Assembly: GCA_040755775.1 (NCBI GenBank)
Contig: JBFMAJ010000002.1
Span: forward strand, 1-36,242
Source: Nitrospirota bacterium
Lineage (GTDB): Bacteria; Nitrospirota; Nitrospiria; JACQCE01
Length of the DNA stretch: 36,242 bases
Reading direction: 5' to 3'
Position numbers and translations under genes: made by a program. This document shows, one piece after another, positions 8,329-18,539 of the stretch; the stretch's first letter is position 1; every line of letters starts with the position of its first letter. The notes beneath the pieces were generated by a model, which was given only the letters and a program-made list of their open reading frames with translations, was not told where the DNA came from and made no database searches.

Positions 8329-9803
8329 AGACATTTACACCGCAAGATTACATCGACATGGGCATTCGCCGCCGGTGGTGGCTGGCGGCGCCGATCGTGC
8401 TCTGCCTGTTGGCCGCCGCCGTGATCGGCAAAATCTCGCCGAAACTCTACCAGTCGAGCACCCTCATTTTTGTCGATCCCCAGAAAGTCCCAGAGGAATT
8501 TGTCAGAACCACCGTGACGGGATCCATGGAGGACCGCCTCTCGACGATTAAACAGCAACTCCTGAGCCGCTCGCTGCTGACGCAGATCATCGAAGAGCTC
8601 AAACTCCATCCGCGCGAGAATTCCGATGCGACGGTCGATGACGTCATGCAATCCATGCGCAACCGGATCACGGTCGACACAGTCAAGGGACGGAACTCCA
8701 GCGCCTTCACGATCACGTATGTCGACAGCAGTCCGCACACCGCCATGCGCGTCACCAACAAGCTCGCCGATCTGTTCATTCAGGAAAACCTGAAACTGCG
8801 TGAGCAGCTGGTCGAAGGCACGGCCGACTTTCTCGTCACTGAGATGCGGCGGCTGAAAGAAACCCTGGTCGAGCAGGAGCAGGGAATCAGCGCCTATAGA
8901 CAGCGATACATCGGCGCCCTGCCGGAGCAGCTCGACGCCAACCTTCGGACGCTCGACCGCCTGCAACTGCAGCTCACCGCCACGAACAACCAGCTGCGCA
9001 ACACCGAGGAAAACCAGCGCCTGCTCGATCAACTCCAAAGCACCGGGATCGATCCCGGCGCGCCCAATGTCCCGGGGCTGCTCCAGCAATCCCCGCGTCT
9101 CGTGCAACTCCAGACGCTGAAGGACCGTCTTGCGCAGATGCGGGCGGAGTATACCGAGAGTTACCCCGACATCGTCATTCTCAAACAGGAACTCGCCCAG
9201 CTTGAAGCCGCCATCATGAGCACCGATGCCTCAGAGGAAACCGCGGATGTCCCGCAGCCGCTGACACCCAACCATCCCACTCAGCAGCGGTTGACGCTGA
9301 AGAAGGAGCTAGCCACGCTGGAGAAGCAGCGAGACGCCATTCTGGAGCAAATCGCCCTTTACGAACGGCGCGTCGAGGAAACGCCACGGCGTGAAATGGA
9401 GTTGGCGAGTCTGACCCGCGACTATGAAAATACGCGACGAAGTTACGACTTGCTGTTGAGCAAAGTCGGGGATGCCAAAATATCGGAAAATCTCGAAAAA
9501 CAACAACAGGGAGAGCAATTTCGCATCATCGACCCGGCCAATCTTCCCGAAACACCGCTCAAGCCGAACATTCCCAAACTCCTGATCATGGGGTTCATGC
9601 TTGGCACGGGTCTGGGAATCGGATTGGTTCTGCTCTTGGAAAACCTCGACACGTCGATCAAGCAGGCCTCCGAACTTGAGGAGATGTTTGGTCAACCGGT
9701 CCTGGGGATTATTCCCATGGCCACATCACTGCGCGCGGCCAGGCACCCGCAGGCGTCCGTCACGCCACTCGAACTGGTGGCCTCATTGAAGCGGAGAATG
9801 TAA
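8325..9803 (+). CDS. Polysaccharide co-polymerase / chain-length determinant (Wzz/GumC/EpsF-like)
   Basis: N-terminal TM helix (WWLAAPIVLCLLAAAVIG) followed by KLYQSSTLIFVDP. Long coiled-coil periplasmic region. PxxP (PANLPETPLKPN) before the C-terminal TM helix. Start set at the ATG at 8325 (ATGA overlap with the upstream stop). Confidence 0.9.
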   Translation: MKTFTPQDYIDMGIRRRWWLAAPIVLCLLAAAVIGKISPKLYQSSTLIFVDPQKVPEEFVRTTVTGSMEDRLSTIKQQLLSRSLLTQIIEELKLHPRENSDATVDDVMQSMRNRITVDTVKGRNSSAFTITYVDSSPHTAMRVTNKLADLFIQENLKLREQLVEGTADFLVTEMRRLKETLVEQEQGISAYRQRYIGALPEQLDANLRTLDRLQLQLTATNNQLRNTEENQRLLDQLQSTGIDPGAPNVPGLLQQSPRLVQLQTLKDRLAQMRAEYTESYPDIVILKQELAQLEAAIMSTDASEETADVPQPLTPNHPTQQRLTLKKELATLEKQRDAILEQIALYERRVEETPRREMELASLTRDYENTRRSYDLLLSKVGDAKISENLEKQQQGEQFRIIDPANLPETPLKPNIPKLLIMGFMLGTGLGIGLVLLLENLDTSIKQASELEEMFGQPVLGIIPMATSLRAARHPQASVTPLELVASLKRRM

Positions 9804-10513
9804 TGATCAGGCATTCAGGCGCACACGCAGCTCGAAACGGCAAGCACCAGGAGGCCGGCGATTCGCTCGATGGATTGCTGGCCCTGGAGCAATTGCGCAT
9901 CTTGTCCTTGCGTTTGGAGCAGCTCGCACGCCAACGGCCCGCCCGCATCATGGCCGTTACCAGCGCCATGGCAAACGAGGGAAAATCGACGATCTCCGCC
10001 AATCTTGCGCTCGTGCTGGCCAAGGATTTTTCACGCAACACGCTCCTGGTCGATGCGGACTTTCGACACCCCAGCCTGGCGACATGGTTCGGCGGCAACT
10101 TTAGCCACGGTCTTCGTGAAGTGCTCAAGGGAGAGGTTCCGCCGGCGGCCGCACGCTGGCAGATGCGCGAAAAACAGCTGACACTGCTGCCACTGATTGC
10201 CGCAGATCCAACGCTAGCGCCGCTGTTGTCACAGCCCGAGGTGCGCAAACGCTTTGCGGAGGCGCTTCAAGGATTCGACACGGTCATTATCGACACGCCG
10301 CCCATGCTCCCCCTGGCCGATTGCACCATGCTGGCCGATTTTGTCGACGGGTTCATTTTTGTCGTCAAGGCCGAGGAAACCCCTAGGCGGCTCATCACAT
10401 CGGCCACGCGGGCGCTGCCGGCCGATAAACTGTTGGGATATGTGCTCAACGGCGCCAAATCGTTCGGACGCACCGCCTACGGTTATCTGTACGGCAGCCC
10501 CCGCACCTACTAA
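9803..10513 (+). CDS. BY-kinase-like ATPase (CpsD/EpsG-type tyrosine autokinase partner of the co-polymerase)
   Basis: Walker A-like SAMANEGKST, Walker A' LLVDADFR and Walker B VIIDTPP. C-terminal tyrosine cluster AYGYLYGSPRTY. TAATG overlap with the upstream gene. Confidence 0.85.
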   Translation: MIRHSGAHAARNGKHQEAGDSLDGLLALEQLRILSLRLEQLARQRPARIMAVTSAMANEGKSTISANLALVLAKDFSRNTLLVDADFRHPSLATWFGGNFSHGLREVLKGEVPPAAARWQMREKQLTLLPLIAADPTLAPLLSQPEVRKRFAEALQGFDTVIIDTPPMLPLADCTMLADFVDGFIFVVKAEETPRRLITSATRALPADKLLGYVLNGAKSFGRTAYGYLYGSPRTY

Positions 10514-10561
10514 CAGATCGATGGCATCCGAGCGGCCAGTGATTCGTGAAGTGGTGAGCAA

Positions 10562-11953
10562 ATGATTCGAATCTTCAACCGATACGTGCCCATCAAATAC
10601 ATCGTCATCCTTCTGCTCGAGCTCCTGCTGCTCCTGGGCACCGGGTATCTTGCTGTGGGCATTCGGTTTACCCTCGACTCGTTTCAGATTGACAGTTTCC
10701 CGGCGCTGTTCGGCAAGCTCTTTCTGATTACGGTCATCTGCCAGGTGTGCCTCGCGTACAACCGCCTCTACACCGAATTGGTGCCGGCCGCGGGGATTCT
10801 CTATGCGCGACTGTACCAGTCGTTTGCCGTGGCCTGGGGCTTTTTGTTCATTCTCTATTTTTTGCTCCCCGGGCTCGAGATCGGCCGCGGCATCTTCCTG
10901 CTCCATATCACGCTGAGTCCGCTCTGCCTTGGCCTCTTTCGAAAAACGATCGCCCGCCTGCTCACACAGGATAAATTTCGCAACAAAGTGCTGATCGTCG
11001 GCACCGGTCACCTTGCCAAGCTCGTCGGACGCCATCTGATGGCGCATCACGACCCGGGGTTCGAAGTCATCGGGTTTATTGATCAAGACCCCCAGCGGAT
11101 CGGCGCGCCGGTCATCAACCCCAAAGTCATCGGCACGCCCGACCAGATTCCAGACATCGTCAGGGACTACGACGTGAAAAAAGTCATCGTCGCGCTGCCC
11201 GAGCGGCGCGGGCAACTGCCGCTCACCCCGCTGTTGGCCTGCAAGGTCAGCGGGGTGGAGGTGCTCGACGGATTGTCGTTTTATGAGCGATTAACCGGGA
11301 AAATCCTGGTCGAGGGGCTCAATCCGGGGTGGCTGATTTTTTCCGAGGGGTTTACACGCCAGCAGCTGACCATGTTCATCAAACGGATCGTCGACCTGCT
11401 GAGCGCCTCGATCGGTCTGCTCGTCACCGCCCCGCTCCTCGTGCTGCTGGCCGCGCTCATTAAACTGGATTCACCGGGGCCCGTCCTCTATCGGCAGCAC
11501 CGGGTGGGTGAAGGGCAGCGGCGTTTCACCGTCATCAAGCTGCGCTCCATGCACGAGCAGGCTGAATCCGACGGGAAACCGATCTGGGCCGCCGCCGACG
11601 ACTCCAGAACGACGCGCATCGGTTACTACCTGAGAAAACTCCGGCTGGACGAGCTGCCGCAAATGATCAACGTGCTCCGCGGCGAGATGACGTTTGTGGG
11701 GCCCAGACCCGAGCGGCCCGAGTTCGTGGCGATGCTCAGCGAGAAAATCCCCTACTACAATCTTCGGCACACCGTGAAACCCGGGATCACCGGATGGGCG
11801 CAGGTGCGCTATCGTTACGGCTCCTCCATCGAGGATGCCATCGAGAAGATGCATCTCGATCTGTATTACATCAAGAATCTTTCTCTCGGACTCGATCTGC
11901 TCGTCTTGCTTGAAACCGTCAAGATCGTACTGCTGGGAAAGGGGGCACGCTGA
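10562..11953 (+). CDS. Initiating polyprenyl-phosphate sugar-phosphate transferase (WbaP/EpsB-type bacterial sugar transferase)
   Basis: N-terminal TM helices and a central Rossmann-like segment (VLIVGTGHLA). C-terminal Bac_transf domain: KRIVDLLSASIGLL...PGPVLYRQHRVG...KLRSM...DELPQMINVLRGEMTFVGPRPERPEF...KPGITGWAQV. Confidence 0.92.
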   Translation: MIRIFNRYVPIKYIVILLLELLLLLGTGYLAVGIRFTLDSFQIDSFPALFGKLFLITVICQVCLAYNRLYTELVPAAGILYARLYQSFAVAWGFLFILYFLLPGLEIGRGIFLLHITLSPLCLGLFRKTIARLLTQDKFRNKVLIVGTGHLAKLVGRHLMAHHDPGFEVIGFIDQDPQRIGAPVINPKVIGTPDQIPDIVRDYDVKKVIVALPERRGQLPLTPLLACKVSGVEVLDGLSFYERLTGKILVEGLNPGWLIFSEGFTRQQLTMFIKRIVDLLSASIGLLVTAPLLVLLAALIKLDSPGPVLYRQHRVGEGQRRFTVIKLRSMHEQAESDGKPIWAAADDSRTTRIGYYLRKLRLDELPQMINVLRGEMTFVGPRPERPEFVAMLSEKIPYYNLRHTVKPGITGWAQVRYRYGSSIEDAIEKMHLDLYYIKNLSLGLDLLVLLETVKIVLLGKGAR

Positions 11954-11981
11954 CCCAGCGGACAGCCGGGCGTGGCGCTCC

Positions 11982-13178
<1,197 letters not shown>

Positions 13179-14087
13179 ATGACGAAGCGTCGACGCCACA
13201 CCGAAGCCCCACGCGCAATGCATATCACACGCACGATTGAGGGACAGATGGACACACCGACTCAGCCATCGAATGGTCTCGGTTCACAGACATGGGAGTA
13301 CCTGTCGTATATCGGCGTCGCGGCGCTTCCGCCGCGAACCAGCCCTTTCGATCCGGGATACGACCCGCTGACGGTGGAACATCACTTGGCGCAAAGCGCG
13401 CACCTGATGTCAGCGCTCAAGCTGTCCATGGCCTGCTGGCAAGTGGCGAACGAGGAGGCCACGCGACGCAAAATCTCGGCGGCTCAGCGATGCCGTGTGC
13501 CCGTCTGCACCGGAGGAGGGCCGTATGAAATCGCCTCGGCGCTTGGGGCCCTCCCGCAGTATCTCGACCTGTGCGCCAAGCTCGGCGTGACCCGCGTGGA
13601 GGCCGGGGCGGGTTTCACCGAGCAACAGCTCGAACCGGCGGAGGTCGTTCGCATGGCGCGGTCGCGGGGCTTGGAAGTGCAGTTTGAGATCGGGGACAAG
13701 CACGCCGGAGCCTTCACGGACGAAACCGTGCAGCAGCTGGTGGACCAGGGCCGGCGATGGCTGGATGCCGGGGCCGTGAAGATCGTGGTGGAAGCGAGGG
13801 AAAGCGCCAACGACGTCGGGTTGTTCAACGCCCGCGGCGAGTTCAACGGACGCTTTGCGGAGCGGCTGGCACGGGCTTATGGCATGGAGGCCACGGTGTT
13901 TGAGGCCCCGAACAAAGCCAGTCAGTTTGCCCTGCTCACCCACTTCGGCCCCGATGTTCAGCTCGGCAATGTGCGTCTCGAGGAGCTGCTTCGGGTCGAG
14001 ATCTACCGGCGAGGCCTGCACTCCGACGCCTTTCGACACCAACACCTGCGGCCGCGGGGGCCTGCCGCCCGAAAGGCGAACGGGTAG
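13179..14087 (+). CDS. comA: (2R)-phospho-3-sulfolactate synthase family protein (ComA-like)
   Basis: Collinear with methanogen ComA as I remember it: VVEARESANDVGLFNARGEF matches IIEGRESGKGKGLFDKEG, and VFEAPNKASQFALLTHFGPDVQLGNV...LRVEIYRRGLHSDAF matches VIFEAPQKSQQVAFILKFG..VNLANI...SLETLRRGLRGDTF. The upstream DPG...LKLSMACW block corresponds to DKG...VKFGWGTS. Start uncertain (13179, 13218 or 13248). Confidence 0.82.
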   Translation: MTKRRRHTEAPRAMHITRTIEGQMDTPTQPSNGLGSQTWEYLSYIGVAALPPRTSPFDPGYDPLTVEHHLAQSAHLMSALKLSMACWQVANEEATRRKISAAQRCRVPVCTGGGPYEIASALGALPQYLDLCAKLGVTRVEAGAGFTEQQLEPAEVVRMARSRGLEVQFEIGDKHAGAFTDETVQQLVDQGRRWLDAGAVKIVVEARESANDVGLFNARGEFNGRFAERLARAYGMEATVFEAPNKASQFALLTHFGPDVQLGNVRLEELLRVEIYRRGLHSDAFRHQHLRPRGPAARKANG

Positions 14088-14092
14088 GGCCG

Positions 14093-14833
14093 ATGCCGGG
14101 ACACGTTGTCATCGATTGCTTTCCGGAAAGCGCGCAGCGTTATGGCGCCGGGTACGCGGTCGTGGTCGTGGATGTCATCCGCGCCACGACCACGGCGGTC
14201 ACGGCGGCGCATCAGGGCCGACGGGTGTTTCCGGCAAAGAGCACTGACGATGCGCAGGCCATCGCCTCCAGGCTCACGAATCCGCTGTTGGTCGGGGAAC
14301 TCGGCGGACATATGCCGTATGGCTTTGACATGACCAACAGTCCCGCTCAGCTCTCGGCGCGGCGGGACACGGACCGGCCCATTGTGCTCGTCTCGTCGTC
14401 CGGCATCCAGCTGCTGCTCAATGCCGCCGGGTGCGACGCCGTCTTTGTCGCCTGTTTTCGCAACCTGTCCGCGGTCGCCCGCCTGCTTGACGGACAGTAT
14501 GAGCGGATCGCCCTGCTCGGCGCCGGCACGCGCGGACAGTTCCGGCGGGAAGATCAAATGGGATGCGCGTGGATTGCCGAAAAATTACTCCAGCGCGGGT
14601 ATGGGGTCGGATCCGAGCAGACGCTTGCCTGCATGACGCAATGGCACGGCGCCAGCCCCGACGCCGTGCGGTGGGGAAGGAGCGCCGACTACCTGGAACG
14701 GACCGGCCAGCGGGAGGATCTTGATTTTATTCTGAAGCATATTGACGACCTCGACATCGTCCCGATGCTCAAGGCGGGCGAGCTCATCACGGCCGGGTCG
14801 ACCATCACATCGTCACGGAACACCGGCCGATGA
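14093..14833 (+). CDS. comB: 2-phosphosulfolactate phosphatase family protein (ComB-like)
   Basis: Family hallmark VVVVDVIRATTTAVTA near the N-terminus, then LVGELGG...GFDMTNSPAQL. Starts 5 nt after the comA-like stop. Confidence 0.82.
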   Translation: MPGHVVIDCFPESAQRYGAGYAVVVVDVIRATTTAVTAAHQGRRVFPAKSTDDAQAIASRLTNPLLVGELGGHMPYGFDMTNSPAQLSARRDTDRPIVLVSSSGIQLLLNAAGCDAVFVACFRNLSAVARLLDGQYERIALLGAGTRGQFRREDQMGCAWIAEKLLQRGYGVGSEQTLACMTQWHGASPDAVRWGRSADYLERTGQREDLDFILKHIDDLDIVPMLKAGELITAGSTITSSRNTGR

Positions 14834-16062
14834 GGATCCCGAAGACCAGCACACCGGTCGTCGTCATCGAATGCCTGCTGGGCGGCCTGGCGATCATGCG
14901 CAGCCTCGGGCCGCACGGCATTTCGCTTGTCGGGATCGATGCCGACCGTTGGGCGCCGGGACGGCTCTCCCGCTATTGCCGCGCCGGCGTCTCCCTCCGG
15001 CTGGCGCAGGACCGCAAGCCGGAGTTTCTCGAGCAGCTCCTTCGCGTGGGGCGGCGACTCGGGCAGCCGGCCCTGCTGATCCCCACATCGGACGAAACAT
15101 CGGAGTTTGTCGCCGAGCACGCCGCCGCGCTGGACGGCCCATTTCTCTTCCCCAAAGTCCCGGCGAAGATCGTGACACAACTGGCCAGCAAGAAGGAGAT
15201 GTACGGCCTGGCGCGACGGCATGGGATCCCGACACCCCACACCATCTTCCCATCGACTCTCGATGAGGTGCGGTCGTACGCGGCGCAGGCCACCTACCCC
15301 GTCATGCTCAAGGGCATCTACGGCAATCGCTTGCAGTCGCGCAACCACAAAAAGATGGTCATCGTGCGCTCCCCCGAGGAACTCATCAGCCACTACCGCA
15401 GGATGGAGGACCCCGAAGTCCCGAACCTGATGCTCCAGGAATACATCCCGGGCGGCGACGATCAGATTTACATCTTCAACGGCTACTTTAATCACCAATC
15501 GGAGTGCGTGCTCGGCATGACCGGGCGCAAGCTGCGTCAGTTTCGCATCCACACCGGGTGCGCGTCGCTGGGGGAATGCCGGTGGTATCCCGACGTGGCC
15601 AAACTCACGACGGAACTGATGAAAGCCGTCGGATATCGCGGCATTCTGGACATCGGCTATCGATTCGACGCTCGCGACGGACAGTACAAGGTGCTGGATA
15701 TCAACCCGCGTGTCGGTCAAGCCTACCGGCTCTTTGTCACGGAGGACGATTGTGACGTGGTGAAAGCCCTTTACCTCGACCTCACGGGGCAACCGGTCTG
15801 CTCCGGTCGACCCAGAGAGGGGCGGCGGTGGCTCATCGAGGATTTCGACGCCATTTCAAGCTATCACTATTGGCGTGAGGGCACGTTGACCCCCGGGCAG
15901 TGGCTGCGATCATTTCGCGGCGTCGAGGAAGCGGCCTGGTTTTCCTGGAAGGATCCCGTTCCATTCCTGGTCATGGCGGCCGGCTTCATGAAAAAGATGC
16001 TGACGTGGTCGCTGAAACACGCGGGGCTGTCACGGACGAAGGGGTCCGGTGACACACACTGA
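14830..16062 (+). CDS. ATP-grasp ligase 1 (carboxylate-amine ligase type)
   Basis: ATP-grasp core: YPVMLKGIYGN, LMLQEYIPGGDDQIYIFNGYF, GILDIGYRFDARDGQYKVLDINPRVG. ATGA overlap with comB-like. Paralogous in layout to the 19708..20988 product. Confidence 0.8.
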   Translation: MRIPKTSTPVVVIECLLGGLAIMRSLGPHGISLVGIDADRWAPGRLSRYCRAGVSLRLAQDRKPEFLEQLLRVGRRLGQPALLIPTSDETSEFVAEHAAALDGPFLFPKVPAKIVTQLASKKEMYGLARRHGIPTPHTIFPSTLDEVRSYAAQATYPVMLKGIYGNRLQSRNHKKMVIVRSPEELISHYRRMEDPEVPNLMLQEYIPGGDDQIYIFNGYFNHQSECVLGMTGRKLRQFRIHTGCASLGECRWYPDVAKLTTELMKAVGYRGILDIGYRFDARDGQYKVLDINPRVGQAYRLFVTEDDCDVVKALYLDLTGQPVCSGRPREGRRWLIEDFDAISSYHYWREGTLTPGQWLRSFRGVEEAAWFSWKDPVPFLVMAAGFMKKMLTWSLKHAGLSRTKGSGDTH

Positions 16063-17197
16063 TCAGCTCAGGCAGGACGGCATTCTCCGTCACATGGCCC
16101 AACTGGACGGCCTCCGTGCCATCGCCGTGCTCGCGGTGTTTGCAGACCACTGGCTCCCCGGCGCCTACCGATTGGGGGTGGCATGGGGTGAGTCAGGCGT
16201 GGATTTGTTCTTCGTGCTCAGCGGCTTTCTGATCACCGGCATTTTGCTCACCTGTCGCCGTTACGTTGACGAGGCCGGCCAAAGCGTCTTGACCACCGCC
16301 AAACAATTCTACATTCGTCGGACCCTGAGAATCTGGCCCCTGTATTTCGGAGTGCTGCTCCTTTATATGGTGGCCGCGCAGGATCCGACGAACTGGCTCA
16401 GCCCTTGGCTGTGGACATTCACGCTGAATTTTTATCGGACGTTTGTCGAACCGACGTGGGGCGGTCCCATGTCCCATTTTTGGTCACTGGCCGTCGAAGA
16501 GCAATTCTACCTTGTCTGGCCATGGGTCATTCTGCTCACGCCTCGGCGTTATCTCCTGCCGGTGCTTATTGGGGCCGTGCTCATCGGACCGTTGACGAAA
16601 ATTATGATGGCCCTGGTCGGTTACCACGAGCGGGCCATCAGATTTTTCACGCTTTCCTGCCTCGATACCCTGGCGTTCGGCGGGCTGCTGGCCTATTTCT
16701 CCCACCTGGCAGGGGTGGAGCGTATCGCGAACAGCCGTGTCGTCGCATGGCTGGGCCCGTTGAGCCTGCTGCTATTGGGAGCCGGGTTGGTCCTTCGCCT
16801 CAACAGTGAGGCCCCGTTGGAACGCATGGCGCTGTTCATGAGCGCGAAAACCCTATTCCTTGGCTGGATCGTTATCAAAGCGGCGCATGGTTTCCGCGGA
16901 GCCGTGGGCTTCGTGCTGTCAGCGCGCCCCGTCATGTATATTGGCAAAATCAGCTTCGGACTCTACTTGTTGTCCAAACCATTGGCCGCGCTGGTTGAAC
17001 GAATGGGACTGCCGGTTGAGGATATTCACCCGCTGGTGGTTTTTTCGCTGTACTCTGCGCTGTCCGTGGGAGCGGCGACGCTGTCGTGGAACTATTTTGA
17101 AGCACCGATCAACAGACTCAAACGGCACTTCCCCTATCACGTCGACTCGACAGCCCGCAAGCCGTCCGTTGATACGGCCTCCCAATCGATCAGATAA
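16049..17197 (+). CDS. Membrane acyltransferase family 3 (O-acyl/acetyltransferase)
   Basis: LDGLRAIAVLAVFADHW and FFVLSGFLITGIL, HFWSLAVEEQFYLVWP, roughly 10 predicted TM helices. Confidence 0.85.
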   Translation: MTHTDQLRQDGILRHMAQLDGLRAIAVLAVFADHWLPGAYRLGVAWGESGVDLFFVLSGFLITGILLTCRRYVDEAGQSVLTTAKQFYIRRTLRIWPLYFGVLLLYMVAAQDPTNWLSPWLWTFTLNFYRTFVEPTWGGPMSHFWSLAVEEQFYLVWPWVILLTPRRYLLPVLIGAVLIGPLTKIMMALVGYHERAIRFFTLSCLDTLAFGGLLAYFSHLAGVERIANSRVVAWLGPLSLLLLGAGLVLRLNSEAPLERMALFMSAKTLFLGWIVIKAAHGFRGAVGFVLSARPVMYIGKISFGLYLLSKPLAALVERMGLPVEDIHPLVVFSLYSALSVGAATLSWNYFEAPINRLKRHFPYHVDSTARKPSVDTASQSIR

Positions 17198-17201
17198 GCC
17201 G

Positions 17202-18536
17202 ATGGAGCTCGAGATGAGAACCGGGGTCTGGTACCATGATCGGCCGTTTACTGTCACGTTTCCAGACGCATGGGAGGTGACGGCCCACTGGCCGGCCACA
17301 CCGCCGCCGCTCACGGATGAGCAGATACGTGAGCGGATGCATCATCCCACCGGACAGCCCCCATTGCGTGAACTGGCCCGAACGGCACGACGGCCTATCG
17401 TCATCGTCGATGACCTCTCCCGACCCACGCCCGTTTCCGCCATTTTTCCCCATGTGCTTGAAGAGTTTTACGCCGCCGGCATCGCTCCCGACCGCGTCAC
17501 CGTGCTGGTGGCCACCGGGACGCACGGCCCGCAACACGCGGCCGCGCTGGCGCGAAAGCTCGGCCCTGACGCCACACAGCGCTGCCACGTTCAGATTCAC
17601 CATGACCGTCGGCACACGTCAACGATCGGCCGAACCTCGTTTGGCACACCGGTGGCCGTCAATCGCGCGCTCTTGCAGTGCGACCTGGCGGTGGGGATCA
17701 GCGGCATCTACCCGCAGGACACGACAGGATTCGGCGGCGGAGCAAAACTGGCGCTCGGCGTGCTGGGCCGCCGGACAATTACGCACATGCACTACACGCA
17801 TGAAGGCGTCGGCGGCAGCTACAACATCGACAATGATTTCCGTCGAGACATCACAGAAATCTGCCGGATGATTCGTCTCAACACGATCTATACCCTGCAC
17901 ATTAACGCCAGACAAGAGGTTGTGAACCTGACCTGCGGTGATCACTATACCTATTATGCCGAAGCGGCGGCATTTTCGAAATCCAGATATACCGCCCCGC
18001 CGCCGACTGACGCTGACGTTGTCATCGCCAATACCTACCCCTCGGACGTCTCCTACACCTTCATGCGCAAAGGCATGAAGGTCATCTATGGCGCGCCGGT
18101 GGCGGCCACCCGCATCGTGATTGGATCACATCATGAGGGGATCGGCCGACACGGCCTGTTTCCACAGGGGAAGAGCGCCCGCTATCTTCGCGTCAAGGAG
18201 CTCTACGCTCGAGCGCTGATCAGCCGCCCTTCCGCGCTGCCAGGAAAAATCGTCAAACGACTCTTCGCCAGCGCCGCACCGCGGCCACAGCCATCTGTCA
18301 CTGGCGCCACCCGCGCCATGGCACCACGTCCGATTTGGCTCTATCGACCCGAAGGGTCCAATGCGGTGTTGCCGCGACTTCCGGGGATTCATCAAACCAC
18401 CGATTGGCAACGCATCATCACCGCCATCGAGCGAGAGCAATCGGCCAAACAAAACCTCCGTGTCATGGTCTACCCGTGCGCGTCATTGCAGTGTGTTGAC
18501 TTTGCCGGTGCGGCTGTCGGCGCAGGGGTGGAGTAA
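17202..18536 (+). CDS. LarA-like protein (lactate racemase N-terminal domain/DUF2088 family; nickel-pincer-dependent 2-hydroxyacid racemase/epimerase superfamily)
   Basis: IVIVDDLSRPTP, VLVATGTHGPQ and GIYPQDTTGFGGGAKLALGVLGRRTITHMH match LarA blocks (SSDHTRPVP, LVATGFHRPS, GFIESHFFAGFSGGRK...ANH, recalled from memory). Start set at the ATG at 17202, 4 nt after the upstream stop. The listed 558-aa ORF's first 114 aa overlap the acyltransferase gene. Confidence 0.72.
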   Translation: MELEMRTGVWYHDRPFTVTFPDAWEVTAHWPATPPPLTDEQIRERMHHPTGQPPLRELARTARRPIVIVDDLSRPTPVSAIFPHVLEEFYAAGIAPDRVTVLVATGTHGPQHAAALARKLGPDATQRCHVQIHHDRRHTSTIGRTSFGTPVAVNRALLQCDLAVGISGIYPQDTTGFGGGAKLALGVLGRRTITHMHYTHEGVGGSYNIDNDFRRDITEICRMIRLNTIYTLHINARQEVVNLTCGDHYTYYAEAAAFSKSRYTAPPPTDADVVIANTYPSDVSYTFMRKGMKVIYGAPVAATRIVIGSHHEGIGRHGLFPQGKSARYLRVKELYARALISRPSALPGKIVKRLFASAAPRPQPSVTGATRAMAPRPIWLYRPEGSNAVLPRLPGIHQTTDWQRIITAIEREQSAKQNLRVMVYPCASLQCVDFAGAAVGAGVE

Positions 18537-18539
18537 CCC

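Noticed and set aside
8121-9107. 328-aa minus-strand ORF antisense to the chain-length determinant gene
   Set aside because: Shadow ORF typical of high-GC DNA. The product is low-complexity and rich in L/R/G/D, with no motif. The plus-strand frame has a clear Wzz-type architecture.
10229-11215. 328-aa minus-strand ORF antisense to the BY-kinase/sugar transferase genes
   Set aside because: No recognisable domain. It overlaps two well-supported plus-strand genes and their intergenic gap. Composition is typical of an antisense frame.
14689-15792. 367-aa minus-strand ORF antisense to ATP-grasp ligase 1
   Set aside because: The R/A/G/D-rich product has no motifs. The plus frame carries ATP-grasp signatures and operon-style ATGA coupling.
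16860-17201. N-terminal extensions of listed ORFs into upstream genes (16860, 19324, 29076, 33240, 32146, 11835, 27706, 7117, 8307)
   Set aside because: In each case an internal ATG at or near the upstream stop codon gives a family-typical N-terminus. The extended part overlaps a supported gene and has Cys/Arg/Trp-rich junk composition.
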